Source: a virus
Lineage: Duplodnaviria; Caudoviricetes
DNA: 30,561 bases
Direction: 5' to 3' (one strand)
IMG/VR virus record: IMGVR_UViG_3300032216_000439
Span: 1-30,561 of that record
Position 1 is the first letter of the stretch. Every line of letters begins with the position of its first letter. Shown here one piece after another: positions 1-9,100 of the stretch. The notes beneath the pieces are model-generated. The model was not told the DNA's origin. It did no database searches and was given only the letters and a program-made list of their open reading frames with translations. A program made the position numbers and the translations under genes.

Positions 1-56
1 GTCAGCGGCACTTTGGCCGCTACAGAGGAGTTCTTTAATTTTATTGTTTGTGCCAT
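1..56 (-). CDS. 5' end of a fibre-like structural protein (runs off the window edge)
   Basis: ATG at 56-54 with AGGA upstream. Reads MAQTIKLKNSSVAAKVPL, resembling the N-terminus of the 98..1753 protein (MANTIRIKRR...AP). Confidence 0.6.
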   Translation of the reverse strand, partial: MAQTIKLKNSSVAAKVPL

Positions 57-97
57 AGCAAGTTCCTAAAAAGGAGAAATCTGATAAACTAAAAAGT

Positions 98-1753
98 TTA
101 GAATGTACCGCCGTCGATGGTGGTGGTAGGACTTAAATAGTCAGTGCCGTCTACTGCAGCTGTAAACGCCGAAGTACCGTTGCCTTTGACCAAGCCAGTT
201 AAAGTTGTGGTGCCTGTGCCGCCGTACGCTACTGCTAGTGTAGCAGAAAGACCTGCTGCAGTGCCGGTGGTGTTTTGATTGAACGTAGGCCAAGTAAATG
301 TGCCGGTGCTGAAGTTACCGGAAGCGGGTGTGCCTAGAGCCGGAGTAATTAAACTAGGTGAGTTAGCTAATACCACAGCACCAGTACCAGTAGCTGTGGT
401 AGCTCCAGTGCCGCCGTATGATACAGCAACTGTTGTGCCGTTCCAAACGCCAGTGCCCACAGTACCCAAGGTAGTAATTGAAGTTTGACCCACATAAGTA
501 CTGGCAATGTCAATATTATCTGCATTAGCAGTAATTCGATTTGCGGTACCAATTACATCGATACTATTACCTGTTTTGGTAAGACCAGCGCCGGCGGTAA
601 TCATACCAGCGCCAGAGAATTGAGTAAATGTTAACGCAGTAGTATCTACAACAACAGTGCCATCGTTGGTACATACCCAGCCTGAGTCAGCATTAATAGT
701 ACCTTCTTGTACAAATGCAAATGCTCCACCAGTAATCTCACCAGTAACATCAGCATCTGTAGTACGTGTCCACAGCCCGGCTGCTACATTGTAGAAACCA
801 TTTTGTGAGCCAGTGGTTTGATTTTTAACCAAAACTCTGTCGCCAGCAACTAGAGCTACACCGTCTAAAGTTTGAGTACCTGAAAGGGTAATGTTAGTGC
901 CTACTGTGGCTGCGCGAACTGCGTCTTTTACATTAAGCCCTTGACGCGTAGCGTCAACATAGTTTTTAGTTGCCGCGTCTTGCGCTGCGGTAGGGTCTAG
1001 TAACCCTGTGATCTTCTGTGAATTAAAAGACACTGCTGCTGTAGGAGCAGTCATTTGATCTAGTCTGTTGGTTCTTACCTGAGTATCAAAGTCACCAATT
1101 TTACTAGCTGCAAGAGTAGGAATATCTGCAGCATTGAGCAAAGCCCCAAAAGTTACTCTGCCTTGAGAATCAGTAGTTACTTTAGTGTATACTCCTGCAG
1201 TTCCAGTATTTTTTAATGTAAGAGCAATCGCAGTAGTACCAGTGCCTGTGGCATCTCCGCTAACTGAAATACTTTGATTACCAGTTAAGTAAGCACCTGC
1301 TGGTTGTTTGTTGTTGAACGTAGTCCAGTCTGTACTAGTTAAATATCCATTAGTACTACTGGTGGCTGCAGCCATACTTACAGTAGCAGTATTGCCACTT
1401 ACAACTGCTGATACTGGAGAAGTACCGGTTACTGTTGTGAGATAGTTTTGTGATTTAACGTACGCAGTAGTTGCTACCAGTGTACTGTTATCTGCAGCAG
1501 TTTGAGTTACTGCAGTTAAGGTACCTGTATAGGTTTTATTACCCGAAATAGTTTGATTGGCTGTAAGAGACGAAAAAGCTCCTGAGCCTGCAATAGCATC
1601 TACAGTTGTTGCGCTGCCACCGGCACCGCCTGTGCCTTTACCGTAATAAAGGGTGTTGTCTACTTCATTGAATGCTAGTTCAGCATTGGCTAGACCTGTT
1701 GGAGCACCTACAGCCCCTGTAGCTCTACGTTTGATACGAATTGTATTTGCCAT
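98..1753 (-). CDS. Tail/head fibre protein (Gly/Thr/Ala-rich, Mtd-N-like N-terminus)
   Basis: ATG 1753 with AGGAG RBS. N-terminal TIRIKR...ELAFNEVDNTLYYG module, DAATKNYVD and GDRVLVKNQ...NGFY motifs typical of phage fibres, C-terminal IDGGTF. Confidence 0.7.
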   Translation of the reverse strand: MANTIRIKRRATGAVGAPTGLANAELAFNEVDNTLYYGKGTGGAGGSATTVDAIAGSGAFSSLTANQTISGNKTYTGTLTAVTQTAADNSTLVATTAYVKSQNYLTTVTGTSPVSAVVSGNTATVSMAAATSSTNGYLTSTDWTTFNNKQPAGAYLTGNQSISVSGDATGTGTTAIALTLKNTGTAGVYTKVTTDSQGRVTFGALLNAADIPTLAASKIGDFDTQVRTNRLDQMTAPTAAVSFNSQKITGLLDPTAAQDAATKNYVDATRQGLNVKDAVRAATVGTNITLSGTQTLDGVALVAGDRVLVKNQTTGSQNGFYNVAAGLWTRTTDADVTGEITGGAFAFVQEGTINADSGWVCTNDGTVVVDTTALTFTQFSGAGMITAGAGLTKTGNSIDVIGTANRITANADNIDIASTYVGQTSITTLGTVGTGVWNGTTVAVSYGGTGATTATGTGAVVLANSPSLITPALGTPASGNFSTGTFTWPTFNQNTTGTAAGLSATLAVAYGGTGTTTLTGLVKGNGTSAFTAAVDGTDYLSPTTTIDGGTF

Positions 1754-1765
1754 CAAAGGCTCCTT

Positions 1766-2020
1766 TTAAAAATTGCCGCCTTCGGTCAATAGATCCTGTG
1801 GTTTGTTAGTCCAATTGGATCCATTAAATGATAATAGATCATTGGCTGATAAATTGTTGATAGTTACTACGGAGCCAGCTATAGTACTTTCCCCACTTGG
1901 ACCTCTGGGGCCAGGTGCACCGGCCAAAATAATATTACTGGAAGGTTTATCTACGATTACACTACCATAGGTACCTAGACTAATAATATTACTTTCTTCA
2001 ATAATATTAATTATGTCCAT
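1766..2020 (-). CDS. Small fibre-associated protein with short collagen-like stretch
   Basis: 84 aa, tightly packed in the operon. Contains GAPGPRGPSGE and LLSFNGSNWTNK, and ends EGGNF. Confidence 0.6.
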   Translation of the reverse strand: MDIINIIEESNIISLGTYGSVIVDKPSSNIILAGAPGPRGPSGESTIAGSVVTINNLSANDLLSFNGSNWTNKPQDLLTEGGNF

Positions 2021-2023
2021 TTA

Positions 2024-2605
2024 TTACCTCGTAATTTCTGTGTCTAAGCTAACGCTGCCGTATATGAAAGGAATTACTGTGCTGCCAGTAACCAGCTCTA
2101 AACTATACACTGCGGTTTTAAATGTAAGCAAAGCAGTATCTGTTGCCGAAATATTAATGGTAATAGTTTTTGCTGAATTATCAATCGAGATTCCACCATT
2201 GTTTGTGGTTAATTCTTTGATAAATGCTGTGCTGGTGATCTTTTCACGGATTTGCATGCGTGCAGTGTATCCGTTGAGATCTACAGGCTGATTGTATTCC
2301 AATACTCCGCCACTGGTATAACTTGTATAAGCTAAAGCATTTACTTCGTTGAGTGTTACAGAATTAGTGGTTGTTGCTGTAACCACATAATAATCACTAG
2401 AATTGATTTCTTTCATGCCTGCGACATTGGTTACTTTTGTACGCCAATTTACGGGTATACCGTGGGCTGGCGCAGTTATGACAACTGGTGCAGTCTTGGT
2501 AATTCCTGTAATGGGAATATACGTTTTGGTACTAGATTCCCAACGAAGTACTTCTGCGAAGGTGCTTCCCTGGAATATTTTTAGGTTTAGCTTTGATGGT
2601 GCCAT
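2024..2605 (-). CDS. Virion structural/adaptor protein with FCCH-like beta insert
   Basis: Start moved to ATG 2605 (AAGGG RBS, downstream of promoter 2652-2680). ITGITKTAPVVITAPAHG insert lies within a QGSTF...PVDLNGYTARMQIR...YSLELV scaffold common in phage baseplate/fibre adaptors. Confidence 0.6.
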   Translation of the reverse strand: MAPSKLNLKIFQGSTFAEVLRWESSTKTYIPITGITKTAPVVITAPAHGIPVNWRTKVTNVAGMKEINSSDYYVVTATTTNSVTLNEVNALAYTSYTSGGVLEYNQPVDLNGYTARMQIREKITSTAFIKELTTNNGGISIDNSAKTITINISATDTALLTFKTAVYSLELVTGSTVIPFIYGSVSLDTEITR

Positions 2606-2651
2606 GATCGCCCTTGGAAGTAAAATTGTGGATGCTGTTATAATTTTGTCT

Positions 2652-2680
2652 ATTATATCATGCAGGCATAGTGTAGTCAA
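2652..2680 (-). promoter_or_regulatory. Sigma70-type promoter TTGACT-17-TATAAT with extended -10 TG
   Basis: Minus strand reads TTGACT ACACTATGCCTGCATGA TATAAT, with a T-tract upstream. Confidence 0.8.
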
Positions 2681-2683
2681 ACC

Positions 2684-2716
2684 AAAAAAATTCCAACCCG
2701 AGAGTTGGAATTTTTT
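2684..2716 (-). terminator. Intrinsic terminator after the tail-tip operon (possibly bidirectional)
   Basis: AAAAAATTCCAAC-TCTCGG-GTTGGAATTTTTTT directly after the stop at 2718. Confidence 0.8.
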
Positions 2717-2717
2717 A

Positions 2718-3179
2718 TCATGCTGGAGGTACAGGCCAAGTAATATTAAAAGGATCTGATTGTAACGTAATATCTCTTAATGCTTGACGATAATCTTTCC
2801 AGTTTTGTGATAGCGGAATACCAGTATCTGTAGCTTTTGCAACGCGCCAGTCTGACTGTTGAAGAAATATTTCTCTCTGAGATTTAATCTCCATCCACTG
2901 ACGAGTTAATTTTTCTTGTGTGGATCGCAAGTCCTCCCAACTCATACTAGTATTATCCCATTTAGATAAATAGTATGGCCTATTTTCTTTCGAAATCTTT
3001 TGCTCAGTAGTAAAAGGTACATACTTATTATCTAAAACGTATCCTTCATTACAAGAAATATAGTTTGGTACTTCTAGTACTTTTAGACCTAAGCGTGCTT
3101 GTATATCTACTTCGTTGTCCTCACATGCACCCGTAGCTTTAATTTCTCCACCCTCATCGTATAATATAAAATTTTTCAT
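2718..3179 (-). CDS. Tail fibre assembly chaperone
   Basis: C-terminal R..FLQQSDW...WKDYRQALRDITLQSDPFNITWPVPP signature. ATGA overlap with the upstream tail-tip gene. Confidence 0.8.
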   Translation of the reverse strand: MKNFILYDEGGEIKATGACEDNEVDIQARLGLKVLEVPNYISCNEGYVLDNKYVPFTTEQKISKENRPYYLSKWDNTSMSWEDLRSTQEKLTRQWMEIKSQREIFLQQSDWRVAKATDTGIPLSQNWKDYRQALRDITLQSDPFNITWPVPPA

Positions 3180-6100
3180 TTCTTTCCCTCCGCAACGAAT
3201 CCATTTATCTGAGTTTGATATATACTTCTACCAAGAGTAGTAAGTCCGGAACCATCTCCATCAACTACTTCAGTTGTACCTGCAAACAACTTCATACGTA
3301 CAGTTGTTATAACTTGATAACTACCGGCAGTTAGTGGCGAAGTAGCATAGCTCATTACATTAGTATTTTTAAAATATTTTTGATAATAAATACTTCCTGT
3401 ATCTTTGGTAGGTGCCATAGTAGCAACTACAGTAGTTGTAGAGCCAAGTGATGAATAATTTTTTTCTATATGACTAGTAAATGTAAATTCTATACTTGTT
3501 ATACTGGGATTTTCGTAATAATAGGCGTATGCATAGTAACTAATAACTAAATTAACACTTCCTGCAGAATCCGAAATACTAAAGTAAGAAGTATGATAGT
3601 CCCCGGAAGATAAAACAGAAAAAGGTGTTATTTTAGTAACACTATTATCAATAATATTAGTAGTAGATACTACGGCTCCATTTAAATAAATTGCAGTTCC
3701 ATTACCTACAATGCTGGAAGTAGATCCACCCATTGCAAAAGATCCTGTATCATAAATAGCTGCTCCTGCACCCGTTATTCCGGTGCCTGATCTTTCAGCA
3801 GTACCTACTTTAACTGAACCTTTAAATGTTCCAGTAGCTGCGCTTAAAGCTCCTGAAAATGTAGCATTACCATTAGCTATATTTAAACCAGGTGCATTAA
3901 GAGTACCATTATTAGTTATTTGTAAATAACCTATACCACCAGTGGGATTTGCAGCCCATGCAAAATAGTTACCTAATAACAAACCTCCGGAAGTTAGGGC
4001 AAATCCAGTGCCACTTAAATTATTAGCACCATTTGCATAAGGCCAATTATTACCATACTGAGGTAAATAATCTCCGCCGTATACTCCTCCTGTAAAAGAT
4101 CCAGTAGCTGCACTCAATGAACCCGCAAATGTTCCAGTAGCTGCACTCAACGAACCCGCAAATGTTCCAGTAGCTGCTTGTAGCGTACCTCCAAAATACG
4201 CATTACCACCACTTATACTAAATTTAGGAGCTATAACATTACCGTTAGCCTCAACCTGAAAATATCCGCCGGTACCAGTACTAGTATATAATGAATTATT
4301 TCCTAGTAATAGCCCTTCTGGGCCTAAATAGAATCCTGCATTAACTCCTGCATTAGCTGCCGGCCATGCATACGCACTGTAAGCTCCACCGTACAAAGAT
4401 CCTTTTAAATAACCAGAACTAGCATACACAGCTCCAGTAAAAGAACCCGAAGTAGCAGTTACTGCTCCGGTAAAAGAACCAGAACTAGCATACACAGCTC
4501 CAGTAAAAGAACCAGAACTAGCGTATACAGATCCAGTGAAAGTTCCAGAACTAGCGTATACAGCTCCTGTAAACGAGCCTGAAGTAGCGGTTACAGCTCC
4601 GGTAAAAGAAGCAGAGCCATCAGAAGCATTAACTGCAAAAGTATTTGTGCCATCTTGAGCGTACCCTACTAAACCCTTAGGGGTCATTGCCACACCGTAT
4701 CCAGAGGTACGCGCTCCGCTAGTATTCCATGCTAAAGTACCTGCTACAAATCCTGCATCTGCTGTGCTAGGAGCTATAGTAATTTTTCCGGATAAAGTAT
4801 CTGCACTAGATTTAGATAGTTTAGTACCTGCAGAATTTAAAGCACTAGTAGCTGTAGACTGAGCTTGTCCTGCTGCAGACAGTGCAGAACTGGCTGTAGT
4901 TTGAGCTAATGCTGCATTAGCGTATGCTGTACTAGCATTTGACTCTACATTTTGAGCAAGAGTACTACCTACATAAGTATTTACAGGTGCTCCTCTAGTT
5001 GCGTCAGTATCTCCTGTGTAACCTATACCCCCTAAAGATACTTGTCCGCTGCCGGCATTATTTAAAGTACCATTGGCATTAATTGTAATAGCTGGTACGC
5101 TTAATGTTGTGCCATTATATGTAAGTTTATCTCCTACACTAAATTTATATGTACCAGTATCATAGCCTAAGAAAAACCCTCCGGCAGTTCCGTATCCGCC
5201 CCCAGAATTTTTAATACTGCCAGTTGAAGATATTGTTAAATTACCTGTATCTACTGCCAAAGCACTAAGACTGCCAACTTTAAGATTACTTAAGTAAGCA
5301 TTCCCCCAAGTAATATTACCAGTACTAGCAGATAATAAACCATCTACTTGATACATATATTGACCAGCAGTTAAGGTACTGGTAGCTGTAAAACTCCACC
5401 CACCCCCTGTAGGAACAACGTCTCCAGTACCTGCAATTATAGTACTTGGAGGAGTAGCACTGGTAGTTACAATATATGCAGTTCTAGCCGAAGCACCTGT
5501 TAGACCTATACTACCATCTTGTCTATATCCAATGCTACCGGATACAGCACTTGACCAGTTAAAACTAGTACTTGTAGCACTTGCTACATCAACTATAACT
5601 AAACTAATTTGATATAACACATAGCCACTAGCAGGAGCTGCGCCTGCTGAGGTTGTCCAGCCAGATGGATATGCTGATACTACTCGAGTACTCCAAGTAT
5701 AAGTAGCAGCCTGACTATATGTAGGAGTACCACTATTAGACCATTGAGAAGCATATATAGTTATAGTTTTATTACCATCTGCTCCTTGGGCTCCTGTTTT
5801 ACTCTTGGATATATTATACACTTTTTGTATAGTTACACCATTATAAACAGCTTGTAGCACAGCATTTGCACTATCAGCACTCATAGCTGAAATAGTATAA
5901 ATACCTGTATTGGCTATAGATATGGTTAATCCAGAGGTAGAGAATACTGAATATGTAACTGCAGCAGTGCCGGTAACAGCAGTTAAACCATCATATACTG
6001 CAAATGTACCCCCAGTGCCTGTAAAACTAGACACACTACCAGAACTATCTGCAGCTACTGTAGCAGACTCATTGGTTAGCAATCCGGATATTGCATCAGT

Positions 6101-9100
6101 ACCTTTAGCTCCATCAGTACCTTTAGCTCCCGGCTTTAAACCAAGTATAGCTAAAGTATCGCTGGCTAGTACTGTGCCGTCCGTAGCTCCTTCGCGTATT
6201 TTAACTGTTAACTGCTGAGGCATTGAGCTATACAGTGCTGGTGGAGTATAAGTATAAGTGCGTGTAGCAGTATTTTGTACTACTGTACTGCCTACGCTAA
6301 ACTCATAGTATACAGTTCCAGTAGTATTTTGGGGAGTAGCTGTTAGAGTAGCTGAACCAGGGCTAGGAGTATCTCCTGCAGCTGTGTAAGCAAATGCTTG
6401 TGTTGTAGTAGTTAAATCTACTGTTCTACCTGGATTACCCGCTACTCCAGCCTTGGCTTTAGTGTATGTTTGTACTATGGTTCTGTTAATCGCAGTACCT
6501 AGAGTAGTTTTACCAGTTATGGTATACGTAACTGTGCCAGTATCTCCTGAAAAACTTTGCAAGTCGCCCACAGTAACATAGTTTGACGAAACTGTAGGAG
6601 TTGTTGCAGATACTAGTCCACTATCTGTTTTGCTAACTACTTTCCAAGTTCCGTTTGTAGGGGTTCCTGATACAGTTGGTAGTGGAACAGCATTCTCATA
6701 AACTCTAATCTCTGTGCCACTGTTTGTCAGCACAGGACTGGTACCATCACTGGCGGAGGCTATTAAAGGATTGGGTTTTGTTAATTCAACAGTAATAACA
6801 GCTAAATCTTTTAAGGTAAAGTCGATTGATGTTGATGCAGCTGTAACACTAAAATTATCGCTGGTGTCTTTGTGTTTAATTAAAAAAGTATAATTACCGG
6901 TAGGTGGTTTAATCCAATCCCAGGTATTTGCACTGCCTTCAAATAAAATATTATCAGGATTAGTAATAGTATCCCAAGTATTATTTGTAGTAGCACCTGT
7001 AACATAATATTTAATTGTTGTTGAGGCATAATCAAGCTCAGGACACTGAGTCCAAGATAAATTAATCGAAGTATCTGCTGCTTCAGCTACAAAGTTAACG
7101 ACATTACTGGGTGGATTAGACTTACCTGTTACTTTGTGCTCTACCCACTCAGTCCAAAGTCCTGCACGTCCATCTTTGCCGATGTATCGTAATCGTACTT
7201 GGTAAAGTATGCCTTGTTGAACATCAGTGAATGAAACAGTACCACTATCAAAAACTACTATCTCACTGGTAACTCCTATGTCGCTGCTTGTGGATGCAAA
7301 ATTAATCTGTCCTTCAACAAAAGCAACGGTACTTGGAATATCTGTAGAGGTGGTATAAGGTACATTTAATCTATATCTAAATACTCCAGGAGAAATTAAC
7401 TCCATTACGGATTCATCGCTCTTGATACTAGCAGTAGTAATAAGGGGTTTGGCATCTCCCATACTATCTATTAAAAGAGTAGGAGGCAGTGTTATATTAG
7501 ACAAGAATTTTATCGGATTAGTTTTACTTTCATAATCCGTAAATAAATTATAACCAGTTGTTACACCGTAGTCTACAAGAGTCAATCTTGCTGATTTTGC
7601 ACTACCAGTAGGCTCAACACTTAATACAATTAAATCTTGAGATTCTTTATCTAATTCACCATAAAGAAATAAATCACCATAATCTGCATAAGTTATACCA
7701 CTAGTAAGTTTAACAAAAGTATAGTAATTATCTGTTACTTTTGCTGTTCCTGACGTGTTTCCACTAGTATCACTTACCCCACCTTTATTATAAGTTATAG
7801 TTGTAGAAGTTGTTGATTTTATTTCAGCTACTGTTGAGTTAATACTAGTATTACTAGTATTAACATTAATAATATCTCCTACTTGAATAGCGTGAGTATT
7901 ATCTAAACTAAGGGTTACTGCGCTCGAAGCTACAGAGTAGGCGGTGACATTATAACTATTTTTAATCTGCGCAGTACTACTAAGAATCTGAGTACTACCC
8001 ACTCCAGTACCTGTTACTGAACGTACTCTTATAGTATAACTACCAGTTTGTGTAACAATTACTGGTTCATCTAGCTCTAGGATTGTGTCGCTGATTCTTG
8101 TTTTTATACGTCCGCTGCCCAATCCCCACATAGGTACATCATGTGTTACTTTTACTCTGTCGCCGCGATTACACACCAAATACTCAATGTCTGTGTTTAC
8201 TGTGTAAATTTCTGGACGAGCTTTTGCCTGCGCAAAATGCCAACGCGCATGTTTTTCTACTGCAGCACTGCTAGTAACTCCAGGAAGTTGAATACTTTCA
8301 AATAATTCTGCTGTAGTTCCATCTTTAAGAGCATCGTAAACTATAAGCTCTCGCTGCTCATAATCAAGAGTTTCGTCGTAGAATTGAACTTTTAACCCAT
8401 CCGGGAACTTGGGCAGTACTTTGGTAGACTCAAAGCCCCAACTATTATGAGTAGTAAAATGTTGAACTACAGTGTCTTTTACTCTGTCTATTAACACAGT
8501 CCACTTACCGTCTACTAATGCCGGGGATGCTCTGCCTGCTGCACAGATATCACGCAGCACATCTAGTACACTGCGCTGAGTTCCTAATACTGCGTTGTGT
8601 TCGAATCCGTTAGTTACACAATACTCATACCAATCACCTAATGCCGTTAAATTAATTCTTGAGGATTCGTATGATGAAATTCTTTGTGGGTTTGCTGGAT
8701 GAGTTAAAACATAATAAAACAAAGCTGCAGGATTACTGGTAGGTGCACTAGTACTCCAATCTTTGTTAGTACTGTTCCATATTGGAGCAATTGTTTGCAC
8801 CAAAGCATTAATGCCTTCGACTTGACTGTTTAGTTGATCTGTTGCTTTGATATTAATAGCAGCTTTTGCTATTTTGCTATTAGGAGGATCAATTAATACA
8901 TCGCTAATACTATTGTATGTAGTAATTGTTTGTAGTATGGTCTTGTTATAGTTACGCCATTCGCCGTCTGCTGTGTTTCCAGAGTCTTCTGCTAGCCTTC
9001 TAACTCTTAGCTCAAAAGGCAGAGTAATTCTACCAATATTATGTGTAGTAGTAAAAGCATCTCCGGACATAACAGCGCGTTCATAAAAATCAGCCGCACC

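Noticed and set aside
3820-4620. Diversity-generating retroelement TR/VR pair
   Set aside because: The repeats are in-frame tandem coding units without adenine-specific mismatches, and no reverse transcriptase is visible.
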